64,000 nt of DNA, from contig JANOTL010000188.1 of NCBI GenBank assembly GCA_031416315.1, positions 1-64,000 of the forward strand, read 5' to 3'. Below are positions 9,939 to 20,370 of this stretch, in pieces. Every line of letters begins with the position of its first letter. Position 1 is the first letter of the stretch. Both the position numbers and the translations under genes were made by a program. Below the pieces are notes generated by a model that was not told the origin of the DNA, searched no databases, and saw only the letters and a program-made list of their open reading frames with translations. The stretch is from Pseudomonadota bacterium. Its GTDB lineage: Bacteria; Bdellovibrionota_B; Oligoflexia; Oligoflexales; CAIYRB01.

Positions 9939-10367
9939 TTGGACGTCACGCAAATTCGGGAGCTTTGCCAGGAGGCCGAAGGCCTTTGGCGGGCGAGGGC
10001 GCTGGGCGCCGCGGTGGCGCGGGCGACCGAGGCCGTAGGGCTGGCGCGAGCGGGCGTCCATCCTCACCACGCGCTTGGTCTCGCGCTGACGACCCTGGGC
10101 TGGCTGCGTCACGAGGCGGGGGCCGAAGATGCCGCCGCGCTCTTCGCAGAAGCCGTGGGCCTCGCCCGTGCTCTGAGGGAGGACGACTCGGAGCATGCCC
10201 TGGCGATCTTCCGCCACGCGGCCGACTTCGAACGCGCCGCCTTGCGCGTCGGTGCGGCAGAGGTCCTGGAACGGGAAAGCCTCGCCTTGATGGGCGAGGC
10301 TCTCGGCACGGACCATCCGCGCTACTTCACGCAGCGGGAACGTTTGACGCGCGCTCCATCCCGCTGA
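9939..10367 (+). CDS. Small TPR-like hypothetical protein
   Basis: TTG start after GGAGG and a TPR_12-like ALGTDHP motif. Overlaps the MFS 3' end. Confidence 0.5.
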   Translation: MDVTQIRELCQEAEGLWRARALGAAVARATEAVGLARAGVHPHHALGLALTTLGWLRHEAGAEDAAALFAEAVGLARALREDDSEHALAIFRHAADFERAALRVGAAEVLERESLALMGEALGTDHPRYFTQRERLTRAPSR

Positions 10368-12234
10368 GGCGGAGGACGAGCTCCTCGAGCTCCGCCGCTT
10401 TGACGGTGGGCGGCAGGACCTCGCCGACGGTCACCGAAATGAGGCGACGGGTCGGCTTCGGCACGCCGCGCATCGCGTGGCCCCGGTTGCGACGGCTGAA
10501 GAAGCTCCCCCAGAGGCCCTTGATCGCCATCGGGATCACCGGCACGGCCGTGTCGGCGAGCATGCGCTCGATCCCCGGCTTGAAGGGGTTCAACTTGCCG
10601 TCCTGCGTGATGCGCCCCTCGGGGAAGATGCAGACGACGTTGCCGTCCCGCAGCTCCCAGGCAATGCGCTCGAACGCCTTTTCCTTCGCTTTCGGGTCCT
10701 CTTTCGACGGCGCGATCGGGATCGCCTTGGCCATGCGGAAGAAAAGGCTGATGATCGGCATCTTGAAGTAGTTGTGATCCATCACGAAACGCGCCGGCCG
10801 GCGGCAGGCCGCGGTGATGATGAGCCAGTCGATGAAGCTGACGTGGTTGCAGACGATGATGCAGCCGCCGTTTTTCGGCACCTTCTCCTGGCCTTCGTAC
10901 TTCAGGCGGTAAATCGTCGAAGCGAGGATCCAGATGCCGAAGCGTAGGAAGAACTCCGGGATCAGCGTGAAAACGTAGCCGCAGACCACGAGGTTCATCA
11001 CCGCGAGCGTCAAGAGCACCTGGATCGTGCTCATGCCGAGCTTGAAGAGCGCCATCGTGATCAAGGCCGAAGCGACCATGAAGACGGCGTTGAACACGTT
11101 GTTGGCCGCGATGATGCGCGAGCGCGTGGCCTCGTCGCTCCGGAACTGGATCAGGGCGTAGAGCGGCACGATGAAGAGGCTCGAGAAGATTCCGATCATC
11201 GCCATGTCGAAGATCGTTCGCCAAAGGACGAAGGCGTTCGGGCCCGCGAGGTAAGCCGAGACGGAGACTCCGGCCGCGCCTTCCGCGAGCGTCGGATAGT
11301 TGATCAAGAAGAGGTCGCCGCAGAAGACGCTCATCGCCAAGGCGCCGAGCGGCACGACGCCCAGCTCGATGTCGCCGCGCGAGAGCCGCTCGCAGATAAA
11401 GGCGCCGACGCCGATCGAGACGGAGAAGACCGCGAGGAGGAGCGTCGCCACCGACTCGTCGCCCCCGAGCGCGTGCTTGGTGAAGTTCGGCATCTCGGCG
11501 AGGAGGACGGCGCCGAAGTACCAGAACCAGGAGATGCCGAGGATCGAGTTGAACACCGACTCTTTCTGCCGCGTCAGCTTGAAGAGCGCCATCGTCTCGG
11601 TGAACGGGTTCCAGTTCAGCTTCAGATCCGGCGCGGTCGCCGGCGCGAGGGGAACGAAGCGTGAGGCTAGATACCCGAGCACGGCGACGCCGATGATGCC
11701 GGTGACGATCAGCCCCGGGCTGCGCGAGCCGGCGAGGATGCCGCCGCCGAGCGTGCCGAGCAAGATCGCGAGGAAGGTGCCCATCTCGACGGCGGCGTTG
11801 CCGGCGACGAGCTCGTTTTCCTTCAAATGCTGGGGCAGGACCGAGTATTTTGCCGGGCCGAAGAAGGCCGAGTGCGTGCCCATCAAGAACAAGGTGACGA
11901 AGAGGATCGGCGTCGAATGGAGGAAGAAGCCGACGCCGCCGAGCGCCATGATGAAGATCTCGGCGAGCTTCACGGCCCGCATGATCTGGGACTTCTCGTA
12001 CTTGTCGGCGATCTGCCCCGCCGCCGACGAGAAGAGGAAGAAGGGTAGGATCAACACCCCGCCCGCGAGGATGATCACCATCCCCGATTCGGCCTCGCTG
12101 GCCCCGTGCGCCGCCCCGAAAGTGAGGAGCATCACCATCGCGTTCTTGAAGAGGTTGTCGTTGAACGCCCCGAGGAACTGCGTGCAAAAGAACGGCAGGA
12201 AGCGGCGCGTGCGAAGCAGAGAAAACGTGCTCAT
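10327..12234 (-). CDS. MFS transporter (LplT-like) fused to a PlsC-type acyltransferase
   Basis: RRFLPFFCTQFLGAFNDNLFKNA; C-terminal NHVSFID and IFPEG motifs. Confidence 0.92.
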   Translation of the reverse strand: MSTFSLLRTRRFLPFFCTQFLGAFNDNLFKNAMVMLLTFGAAHGASEAESGMVIILAGGVLILPFFLFSSAAGQIADKYEKSQIMRAVKLAEIFIMALGGVGFFLHSTPILFVTLFLMGTHSAFFGPAKYSVLPQHLKENELVAGNAAVEMGTFLAILLGTLGGGILAGSRSPGLIVTGIIGVAVLGYLASRFVPLAPATAPDLKLNWNPFTETMALFKLTRQKESVFNSILGISWFWYFGAVLLAEMPNFTKHALGGDESVATLLLAVFSVSIGVGAFICERLSRGDIELGVVPLGALAMSVFCGDLFLINYPTLAEGAAGVSVSAYLAGPNAFVLWRTIFDMAMIGIFSSLFIVPLYALIQFRSDEATRSRIIAANNVFNAVFMVASALITMALFKLGMSTIQVLLTLAVMNLVVCGYVFTLIPEFFLRFGIWILASTIYRLKYEGQEKVPKNGGCIIVCNHVSFIDWLIITAACRRPARFVMDHNYFKMPIISLFFRMAKAIPIAPSKEDPKAKEKAFERIAWELRDGNVVCIFPEGRITQDGKLNPFKPGIERMLADTAVPVIPMAIKGLWGSFFSRRNRGHAMRGVPKPTRRLISVTVGEVLPPTVKAAELEELVLRLSGMERASNVPAA

Positions 12235-12421
12235 GGCGGCAACTCCGAGAGGGCCCAAAGCGAAGTGCGTGGCAGAGCTCTCATTCTAACCTAAGAGGCT
12301 GAAATTATAGAAATTACCAATTCCCGGGCGGCAGCCTTCGCATCCGCGGGCTTGGCGTCTTAGCTTCGCATCACTTAGGATTGCGTATTCGGATAGTTAA
12401 ACCAGCTCGTTAGGGGGCCCG

Positions 12422-13429
12422 ATGTCGTCGCAGGCGTCCGAAGCCGTCGAAAGCGCCATTCGCAGTCATGCCGCCACACTCGATCGCCTCATGGGCGAGA
12501 TCGGCCGCCGCATCGTCGGGCAGCGCGGTCTCGTCGAGCGGTTGACGATGGCCTTGATCGCGGAAGGCCACGTCCTGCTCGAGGGCCTTCCCGGCCTCGC
12601 CAAGACGACCTCCATCAAAGCGCTCGCGGAGTGCGCGGCTTTGCACTTCAGCCGCATTCAGTTCACGCCGGATCTCTTGCCCGCCGATCTCGTCGGCACG
12701 CAAATCTACGACCCGCGCACGGGCGAGTTCCGCGTGCGCAAGGGCCCGCTCTTCGCCAACCTCGTCCTAGCCGACGAGGTCAACCGCGCGCCGGCGAAGG
12801 TGCAGTCCGCGCTGCTCGAAGCGATGCAGGAGAAGCAGGTCACCATCGGCGAGCACACCTTCATGCTCGCTCGTCCCTTCCTCGTCCTCGCGACGCAGAA
12901 CCCGATCGAGCAGGAAGGGACCTACGCCCTGCCCGAAGCGCAAGTGGACCGGTTTCTCTTCAAGGTGCGCGTCGGCTACTCGACGCTCGAGGAAGAGCTC
13001 GAGATCGTCGCGCGCAACGTCGCCCCGGAAGGAGTCTCCGACAAGAAGAGCGTCCTCGAGAAGGTGATCGACGCCGACACGATTTTCTCACTGCAGAAGC
13101 TCGTCGGCGGCATCCACGTCGCCGACAAGGTGCGCCGCTACATCGTCCAGCTCGTGTTCGCCACGAGAAAGCCGCAAGACTACAACCTGAAGGACCTCGT
13201 CGGATTAATCGAGGTCGGCGCCTCGCCGCGCGCCTCGATCAACTTGGAGCGCGCCGCGCGCGTCAACGCGCTGATGCAAGGCCGCGCCTTCGTCACGCCG
13301 CAAGACGTCAAGGACGTCGGCATGGACGTCCTGCGCCACCGTCTGATCCCGACCTACGAGGCGGAGGCGGACAACGTCACCACCGACGACCTGGTCCGGC
13401 GCATCTTCGAGCGCGTGGACGTGCCGTAA
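12422..13429 (+). CDS. moxR: MoxR-family AAA+ ATPase
   Basis: HVLLEGLPGLAKT, RIQFTPDLLPAD, DEVNRAPAKVQSALLEAMQE. Confidence 0.95.
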   Translation: MSSQASEAVESAIRSHAATLDRLMGEIGRRIVGQRGLVERLTMALIAEGHVLLEGLPGLAKTTSIKALAECAALHFSRIQFTPDLLPADLVGTQIYDPRTGEFRVRKGPLFANLVLADEVNRAPAKVQSALLEAMQEKQVTIGEHTFMLARPFLVLATQNPIEQEGTYALPEAQVDRFLFKVRVGYSTLEEELEIVARNVAPEGVSDKKSVLEKVIDADTIFSLQKLVGGIHVADKVRRYIVQLVFATRKPQDYNLKDLVGLIEVGASPRASINLERAARVNALMQGRAFVTPQDVKDVGMDVLRHRLIPTYEAEADNVTTDDLVRRIFERVDVP

Positions 13430-14323
13430 ATGCTGTCGCCGGAGCTGATCAAGCAGGTCAAGAAGATCCAGTTGAAGGCGGGTCACCTCGTGACCGACGC
13501 GCTGGCCGGAAACTACCTCAGCGCGTTCAAGGGCCGCGGCATGGAGTTCGACGAGGTGCGTGACTACGTGCCAGGCGACGACGTGCGCACGATCGATTGG
13601 AACGTCACCGCGCGCATGCACACGCCCTACGTGAAGGTGTTACGCGAAGAGCGCGAGATGACCATCATGTTGATGGTCGACGTGAGTCCTTCCCAGGTCT
13701 TCGGCACCGGCGGCCGCTTGAAGCGGACGGCGGCGGCGGAGCTGGCGGCAGTTCTCGCCTTCGTCGCCATTCGCTCGAGCGATAAGGTGGGCCTCGTCGT
13801 CTTCTCGGATCACGTCGAGCACTACGTGCCGCCGAAAAAGGGCCGTGGTCATGTCTGGAGCATCATCCGCTCGGTCCTGACCCATCAGGGCAAGGGCAAG
13901 ACGACCGACGTCGGCGGCGCCCTCGACTTCGTGATGAAAGTCACCTCTCGACGCGCCACCTGCTTTCTGATCTCGGATTTCTGGGCGCAGAACTACGAGC
14001 GCGCGCTCCATCTCGCCTCGGGTCGTCACGACCTCGTGTGCGTTCGCATCGAGGATCCACTGGAGAGCGAGCTCGCCTCCGCCGGCGTCGTCGCGTTCCT
14101 CGACGCGGAGAGCGGCGCGCACGTCGAGGTCGACACCGGCGATGCGGCCGTCCGCAGCGCTTATGCCGCCGCGCAGAAAGAGCGGTCGGAAGATCTAGCG
14201 CAACTTTGCCGCAAGAACGGCATAGGCCTCGTCACGATCGGTACGGATGAGCCCGTCACGGGTCCGCTCATGCGCTATCTGCGCGAGCGCGGCCGCGGGC
14301 GTAAGCGGCGGAGGGTTGGCTGA
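13430..14323 (+). CDS. DUF58 / VWA protein
   Basis: GRGMEFDEVRDYVPGDDVRTIDWNVTAR. Confidence 0.93.
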   Translation: MLSPELIKQVKKIQLKAGHLVTDALAGNYLSAFKGRGMEFDEVRDYVPGDDVRTIDWNVTARMHTPYVKVLREEREMTIMLMVDVSPSQVFGTGGRLKRTAAAELAAVLAFVAIRSSDKVGLVVFSDHVEHYVPPKKGRGHVWSIIRSVLTHQGKGKTTDVGGALDFVMKVTSRRATCFLISDFWAQNYERALHLASGRHDLVCVRIEDPLESELASAGVVAFLDAESGAHVEVDTGDAAVRSAYAAAQKERSEDLAQLCRKNGIGLVTIGTDEPVTGPLMRYLRERGRGRKRRRVG

Positions 14324-14922
14324 TGGCGGACCCGATCGCACCGGTTGCACCAGCGACGCAGCTTGCCCCCGGCACGCCGCTCGCTCCTGGCGCGACGACT
14401 GGGGAGCAAGCTCTTCCCCACGACATTCGCGGCCTGGTTCCGTATCGCGCCTCTCTCCTCGACTACTGGCCCTACGCAGCCGGCCTCATGGCCCTACTCG
14501 TCGGGCTCGCCGGCCTCCTCTGGTGGCGTCGCCGTCGCGCTGCGCAGATGCCGCCGGCGCCACCCGCGGACCCGTGGGACGTCCTCGCAGGCAAGCTCGC
14601 GCAGCTCTCCGTGCCGCGCCCTTTCGGCTTGCAGGAGCAAGCCGAGTACTTCTTTCACCTCAGCCTTCTGCTCCGCGAGGCGATCGAGCTCAGAACCGGG
14701 CTTCGCGCCACCGACCTCACCTTGGGCGAGCTGAAGACGCCTTTACGAAACAAGCTGCCGCTGCCGACCGGTGACATCGACGGCGTGCTCGCGTTCCTGG
14801 AGCGGGCTGACTACGTAAAATTCGCGGGCCGCCCGGCTTCTACGGAAGAGGCGGTCTTTGCCCGCGAGCAGGCCACCGCCTGGACGCGGCGCTTGCGCCC
14901 CCTCGTGGAGGCGACCGCATGA
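14323..14922 (+). CDS. Single-TM bat-operon accessory protein (DUF4381-like)
   Basis: PHDIRG motif, a TM helix, ADYVKFA; lies between DUF58 and batA. Confidence 0.75.
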   Translation: MADPIAPVAPATQLAPGTPLAPGATTGEQALPHDIRGLVPYRASLLDYWPYAAGLMALLVGLAGLLWWRRRRAAQMPPAPPADPWDVLAGKLAQLSVPRPFGLQEQAEYFFHLSLLLREAIELRTGLRATDLTLGELKTPLRNKLPLPTGDIDGVLAFLERADYVKFAGRPASTEEAVFAREQATAWTRRLRPLVEATA

Positions 14923-15914
14923 CCTTGCCGCATTTCGCCTTCTTCGCCGATCCGCTGTATCTGGCGCTCCTCCTGCCGCTGATTCCCTGGCTCGTTTGGC
15001 AGCGTCGGCGCCGGAAGCCGCGCCTGCCGTTTCCGAGCCTGGGCTCGCTCTTGCCGCTCTCGCGCTCGCGGTTCGCCTGGCTCAGCCGCGCCGGCATCGC
15101 CGCGCGCTTTCTCGCGCTCGCCGCTCTTGCCCTCGCCTTGGCGCGGCCGCAAGGCGAAGAGGCGCGGAAGCCGAAAAGCAGCGAAGGCCTCGACGTCGTC
15201 CTGATCCTTGACACATCACGTAGCATGGAGGCGCGCGACTTCATCCTGAACGGCAAACGGCCGTCACGTCTCACCGTCGTGAAGGAGGTCATCGCGAACT
15301 TCATCGAGGCGCGGCCGAACGACCGCATCGGCATGGTCGTCTTCGGCACCGAGGCCTTCACGCAGGCGCCGCTCACTCTGGACCACGACGTCTTGCAGCG
15401 TTTTCTCGAGCGGGTGCAGATCGGCATGGCCGGCGACGCGACGGCGATCGGCGACGGCCTCGTCACGGCGGTCAAGCGCTTGAAGGACATCGACGCGAAG
15501 TCGAAGATCGCCATCCTCCTGACCGACGGCGGCAACACCGCCGGCCGCGCCGACCCGATGGCCGCGACCGCCGCCGCGAAGGCGATGGGCGTCAAAGTCT
15601 ATACCATCGGCGTCGGCGGCACGGAGGCGGCCGAAGGCTCCGGCGGCCGCGCGGCGCCGCAAAAGGCCGACTTCGACTCCGACCTCTTGAAGGCGATTGC
15701 GGACGGCACGGGCGGCAAATTCTTCAGCGCCGGCGACACGGAGTCGCTCGTGAAAGTGTACGAGACGATCGACCAACTGGAGAAAACCAAGATCGAGGTG
15801 GAATCGTTCGAGCAGCACGACGATCACTACGTCGTCTACGTCTGGGTCGCGGTCTTCGCGCTCATGGGTGAGATGGCCTTCGCATTGACGCGGTTCCGGA
15901 GCATCCCGGCATGA
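14919..15914 (+). CDS. batA: BatA VWA protein
   Basis: LALARPQ, DTSRSM MIDAS, QAPLTLDH, ILLTDG. Confidence 0.9.
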   Translation: MTLPHFAFFADPLYLALLLPLIPWLVWQRRRRKPRLPFPSLGSLLPLSRSRFAWLSRAGIAARFLALAALALALARPQGEEARKPKSSEGLDVVLILDTSRSMEARDFILNGKRPSRLTVVKEVIANFIEARPNDRIGMVVFGTEAFTQAPLTLDHDVLQRFLERVQIGMAGDATAIGDGLVTAVKRLKDIDAKSKIAILLTDGGNTAGRADPMAATAAAKAMGVKVYTIGVGGTEAAEGSGGRAAPQKADFDSDLLKAIADGTGGKFFSAGDTESLVKVYETIDQLEKTKIEVESFEQHDDHYVVYVWVAVFALMGEMAFALTRFRSIPA

Positions 15915-17803
15915 CAATCGACTTCGCCGCGCCCGAGCAGCTCGTCTACCTTTGGCTTCTACCGGTCGCGGCTTTGATCTTCGTCCTGGCCGAGAAGCGC
16001 CGCGTCCGTCGCATCGCGCGCCTCGGCTTTCAAGGCGCTTCGGCGCCGAAGCTGCGCTCTGGCGTCCGCGTCTTGCGCGGCCTGTGTCTTCTCGGCGCCT
16101 TGGCGATGGCGACGATCGCGCTTGCTCGCCCCCGATGGGGTTTCGAGTGGCGCACAGTCCGCACGACCGGCGCCGACCTCGTCATCGCCGTCGACGTCTC
16201 GAACAGCATGCTGGCGACGGACGTCGACCCCTCGCGCCTCGAGCGCGCCAAACGCGAGCTCGTCGACCTTCTCGCCATGATGCGCGGTGACCGCGTCGGT
16301 CTCGTCGCCTTCGCCGGCGACGCGTTCGTGCAGTGCCCGCTGACCGAAGACTACGGCGCGGCGCGCATGTTCGTCGGCTTCCTGAGCCCTAGCCTCGTTC
16401 CGGTCCAAGGTACGGACTTAGGCCGTGCTTTGCGCGTTGCGACGAAAGCGCTCGACGATGGCGGCTCGGAGTCAAACACCGGACGCGCCATTGTGTTGGT
16501 CACCGATGGCGAGGACCAGGAAGGCAATGCCAAGGCCGCCGCCGACGAGGCAAAAGCGAAAGGAATCAAGGTGTTTACGATTGGCATCGGCAGCCTCGCC
16601 GGCGCGCCGATCCCGCTCGCCGAGGGCGGCTTCAAGAAGGACGCGGCCGGCAACGTCGTCGTCACGAAGCCGGACGAGCGCGTCCTGCAAGAGATCGCCG
16701 TCGCGACGGGCGGCATGTTCGTGCGCTCCGTCGCCGGGGATCTCGACCTCGTGAAGATTTACGAACAAGGCATTCTCGCCGGCGTCGAGCGCGGCGTGCG
16801 CGGCGAAACGCGCAAAAAGGAATGGTTCGAGCGCTTCCAGTGGTTTCTCGCCGCCGCCTTTCTCCTGCTTCTCGGCGAGTCCGCGCTACGCGACGTCGTC
16901 GCGAAAGCCGCCGGCTTCGCCTTCATCCTCGGTTCTTTCGGGCTGTTCGGCGGAGGCGCAGCGCGCGCGGGCACTCTGAAAGACGCGCACGACGCGTACG
17001 CCAAAGGCGAGTACGGCAAAGCCGCCGAAGGCTTTTTGGCCGAAGAGATCGAGCACCCCGAAGGCGAGCTCGGCCCCGAGATGTCCTACAACCGCGGCGT
17101 CAGCCAATACCGCGAAGGCAAGCTCGACGACGCCGCAAAAGGCTTTGCCAAGGCCGCCGAGGCGCCGAATCCCGAGCTCAAGGCTCGCTCCCTCTACAAC
17201 CTCGGCAACGCCTATGCCGGCTTGAAAAAATACGACGACGCCATCGGCGCCTACACAAAAGTCCTGGAAATGCAGCCCGAGGACAAAGAAACGACCGAGA
17301 ACCTGGAGTTCGTGAAAAAGCTCAAAGAGTTGCAGCAACAACAGCAGCAGCAACAAAAACAAGACCAGAACGAAAAGCCCGAAGACCAGCAGAAGCAGGA
17401 CCAGCAAAAGCAGGAGTCCGGCTCCGACTCGGGCTCCGGCTCTGACGAACAACAGCAAAAGCCCGAATCTGGATCCGATCAGCAGCAACAGGCAGAGCCG
17501 CAGTCAGGCTCCGGGTCGGACGAGCAGAAGCCCGAAGCTGGGTCCGATCAGCAGCAACAAGCACAAGCGGACCCGGGCTCGGGATCGGATGAGCAAGCGA
17601 AAGAGCAACAGCCAGCGCCGCAACCCGGACCGGAAGAGCAGAAGCCGTCGCAACAACAAGCCGCGGCCCCCAAGCTCGACGCGGAGCAGCAGAGCAAAGA
17701 GCAGGCCGAGCAGGTCCTTCGCAGCGTCGACGATCAAGCCCAAAAATATCTCGGCATGCCGAGGACCAAGGCTCGCCCGAAAAATCTGACGAGGGACTGG
17801 TGA
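15911..17803 (+). CDS. batB: BatB-BatC fusion (VWA + TPR + Gln-rich tail)
   Basis: DVSNSMLATDVDPSRL, TPRs (YNLGNAY), Q/E/S/G low-complexity region, C-terminal RDW. Confidence 0.85.
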   Translation: MTIDFAAPEQLVYLWLLPVAALIFVLAEKRRVRRIARLGFQGASAPKLRSGVRVLRGLCLLGALAMATIALARPRWGFEWRTVRTTGADLVIAVDVSNSMLATDVDPSRLERAKRELVDLLAMMRGDRVGLVAFAGDAFVQCPLTEDYGAARMFVGFLSPSLVPVQGTDLGRALRVATKALDDGGSESNTGRAIVLVTDGEDQEGNAKAAADEAKAKGIKVFTIGIGSLAGAPIPLAEGGFKKDAAGNVVVTKPDERVLQEIAVATGGMFVRSVAGDLDLVKIYEQGILAGVERGVRGETRKKEWFERFQWFLAAAFLLLLGESALRDVVAKAAGFAFILGSFGLFGGGAARAGTLKDAHDAYAKGEYGKAAEGFLAEEIEHPEGELGPEMSYNRGVSQYREGKLDDAAKGFAKAAEAPNPELKARSLYNLGNAYAGLKKYDDAIGAYTKVLEMQPEDKETTENLEFVKKLKELQQQQQQQQKQDQNEKPEDQQKQDQQKQESGSDSGSGSDEQQQKPESGSDQQQQAEPQSGSGSDEQKPEAGSDQQQQAQADPGSGSDEQAKEQQPAPQPGPEEQKPSQQQAAAPKLDAEQQSKEQAEQVLRSVDDQAQKYLGMPRTKARPKNLTRDW

Positions 17804-19638
17804 TGCGTCACTCAGCGCTACGCGCGCTCCTTACGGCATTTCTCGTTGCGATCGCGGCGCCGGCGGCCGTGGCCGGCACCATCAGCGCCGAGCTCGACCG
17901 CGCCGCTGGCACGCTCGGGGAGTCCTTCCTCCTCACCGTGTCGATCGCGGGCTCGCGTGATTCCGATCTCGAGGTGCCCGACGTCGCCGGCCTCGTCTTG
18001 CGCCGCCAAGGCGTGAGTCAGCAGACGACCATCGTCAACGGACGAATTCAAATGGAAGTGCACGTCACCTTCGCCATTTACCCGCAACAAGCCGGGGAGT
18101 TCACCATCCCGAGCCTAACCATCCAGCTCGACGGCCAGAAGGAGTCCTCGCTGCCGCTCACTCTGCGCGTCGACGCGACAGGCACCGCTCAGGGCGGGGC
18201 GGCAGGGCAGGGGAGTGGGGCGGCAGGACAAGGGAGCGGCTCGGCCAGCGGCACGGCAGCTGCCGCGCAAGCCGCGGCCGACACCGGCGGCGTCTTCCTG
18301 GAGCGCGAGTGCACGACCGCGTCGCCGCTCGTCGGCCAGCAGATTCCCTGCGTCGTCCGCATCTATCACCGCGGCAACCTGAACGGCGGCCAACGCTTGA
18401 ATCAGAGCTCCGCCGATTTTCGCCGCTTCAACGTCGACGGCGAGAAGCGCTACCAAAAGATCGTCAGCGGGCAACGCTACGCCGTCATCGAGCTGAAGGA
18501 GATCGTCGTCCCGACGCGCGCCGGCGCGCTCGACCTCCCCCCGTACGCTCTCGACGCGCACGTCCTCGTCGCCAATCGCCGCGGCAATCCGTTCGAGAAA
18601 TTCCTCGACCGCTTCGGCGGCGGCGGTTTCAACTTCGACATGGGCTTCACGGAGGAAAAGCAGATTACCGTGCAGACGGCGCCCACGCCCTTCGAGGTCA
18701 GAGCCCTCCCGGACGCGGGCAAGCCCGCGGCGTTCAACGGGCTCGTCGGTGACTTCAAGCTTTCGGTCAGTGTCAGCAAATCGAGCATCGCGGCCGGCGA
18801 AACAGTTACCATAACCATAACAATTGTCGGTGACGGGATTCTAGACCAGGTCGACCAACTTCCCCTCTCCCTCGAGCAGATCGGCCGCGTCTATCCCGAC
18901 AAGCCCGAATACACCGAGCAGGTGAGCGGCGACTCCGGCATCCATTCCAGCAAGACCTTCAAGTTCGCGCTCGTTCCCTCGAAGGCAGGCAAGTACGAGC
19001 TCGGCGATGTCAACCTCCCGATCTATAACCCGAAACTCGAGCAGTACGTCACGCTCAACGCGCCCCTCGGTCCCTTGATCGTCGACCCGGGCAAGGCCGA
19101 AGAGAAGCCGCTCGTGGTTGGAAGTCAGGGCCCCGACGTGCCCAATCGCAGCGACGTCAAAGTCCTCGCTCAAGACCTCCTCGGCCCGCACGCTCCGGCG
19201 CTTCTCGATCGCAATGACGAGCTCACTCCGGGGGCTTTGGGCGCGCTCGCCGGCAGCGGCGCGGGGTCGATGCTGCTCTCACTCGCGTTGGTCGGCGCCG
19301 GGCGCCTGCGCCGCAGACGCGGAGCCTCGCCGGAGCGCGAGCGCCGCTCGAAAGCGCTCACCACCTACCGCGAGCAGAAGGGCAAGACGCCGACCGAAGC
19401 CTATCGCGCCTTCCGCTCCTATCTCGGCGACAAGTTGGGCCTCGCCGGCGCCGCCCTGACGTCGAGGGACGTCCTCGACCAGCTCGGCAAGCTTGGACTC
19501 GCGGAGGACGGCCTCCGCCGCGCGAAGAGCCTCGTCGAGCGCTTCGATCAAGCCGAGTTCAGCGGCACGTTCGGCGGCAACGCCGACGCTCTCGGCCGAG
19601 AGCTGGACGAGCTCGTGCAGGAGATCGAAAAACGATGA
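17800..19638 (+). CDS. batD: BatD family protein
   Basis: Signal peptide, beta-rich repeats (PQQAGEFTIP, FNGLVGDF), C-terminal TM. Confidence 0.85.
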   Translation: MMRHSALRALLTAFLVAIAAPAAVAGTISAELDRAAGTLGESFLLTVSIAGSRDSDLEVPDVAGLVLRRQGVSQQTTIVNGRIQMEVHVTFAIYPQQAGEFTIPSLTIQLDGQKESSLPLTLRVDATGTAQGGAAGQGSGAAGQGSGSASGTAAAAQAAADTGGVFLERECTTASPLVGQQIPCVVRIYHRGNLNGGQRLNQSSADFRRFNVDGEKRYQKIVSGQRYAVIELKEIVVPTRAGALDLPPYALDAHVLVANRRGNPFEKFLDRFGGGGFNFDMGFTEEKQITVQTAPTPFEVRALPDAGKPAAFNGLVGDFKLSVSVSKSSIAAGETVTITITIVGDGILDQVDQLPLSLEQIGRVYPDKPEYTEQVSGDSGIHSSKTFKFALVPSKAGKYELGDVNLPIYNPKLEQYVTLNAPLGPLIVDPGKAEEKPLVVGSQGPDVPNRSDVKVLAQDLLGPHAPALLDRNDELTPGALGALAGSGAGSMLLSLALVGAGRLRRRRGASPERERRSKALTTYREQKGKTPTEAYRAFRSYLGDKLGLAGAALTSRDVLDQLGKLGLAEDGLRRAKSLVERFDQAEFSGTFGGNADALGRELDELVQEIEKR

Positions 19639-20369
19639 TCAAACGCTGCCTCTTTGTGCTGGCGATCTTGCTCGCCAACCCCAATCTCCAGGCCGGCGAG
19701 GGCCCAGCTGCCGCTGCACTGGCTTTTGACGCGGGCGACTACGATCGCGCGATCACCCTTTATGAGGCGTCCATTGGCCAGGGCGCCAAGAGCGGTCACC
19801 TCTACTACAACCTCGGTATCGCCTATTACCGCAAGGAGCGCGTTGGGGACGCCATGGCCGCCTTCCTCGGCGCGCGACGCTTGCTTCCTCGCGACCCTGA
19901 CGTCAAAGCGAATCTCCGCTTCGTCACGGCAAAAATCCGCGACAAGCTCGAGATCGAGCAGCCCACCTCCGGCTTCCGCGCCCTGACCTTCTGGACGGCC
20001 GCCACGACGCCTCGCGAGCTCGGCTGGGTCTTCGCCGTGACGGGCGTGCTCGCCGGATTGGGCGTCGCCCTCACGGTCGTCGTACCCCGATTCGCGACGG
20101 CGCGCCGTTGGGCCTTGAGCGGTTTCACCGTTCCCGTCGCTGCGGCCCTGGCGCTCGCCATCTCGATCGGCGAGTCCCAGCGCTGGGGCGCCGTCACCGC
20201 CAGCCAGGCCACCGTCTACTCAGGCCCCGACAAGAAGACCGTGCTCTTCGAGCTCGGCGAAGGCGCCCCCTTCGCGGTCGAGGACCGCAGTGAGCAAGGC
20301 TTCTGGCGCATTGCCCTTTCCGATGGCAAAAAGGGATGGGTCTCCGGCTCCGACGTGAAGGTCTTCTGA
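19635..20369 (+). CDS. batE: BatE-like TPR + SH3 protein
   Basis: LYYNLGIAYY, LLPRDPDVKANL, C-terminal SH3b-like DGKKGWV. Confidence 0.85.
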   Translation: MIKRCLFVLAILLANPNLQAGEGPAAAALAFDAGDYDRAITLYEASIGQGAKSGHLYYNLGIAYYRKERVGDAMAAFLGARRLLPRDPDVKANLRFVTAKIRDKLEIEQPTSGFRALTFWTAATTPRELGWVFAVTGVLAGLGVALTVVVPRFATARRWALSGFTVPVAAALALAISIGESQRWGAVTASQATVYSGPDKKTVLFELGEGAPFAVEDRSEQGFWRIALSDGKKGWVSGSDVKVF

Positions 20370-20370
20370 C

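Noticed and set aside
17330..17700. CAG/CAA-rich repeats as a mobile or regulatory repeat
   Set aside because: They encode the Gln-rich BatC-type linker and are degenerate at the DNA level.
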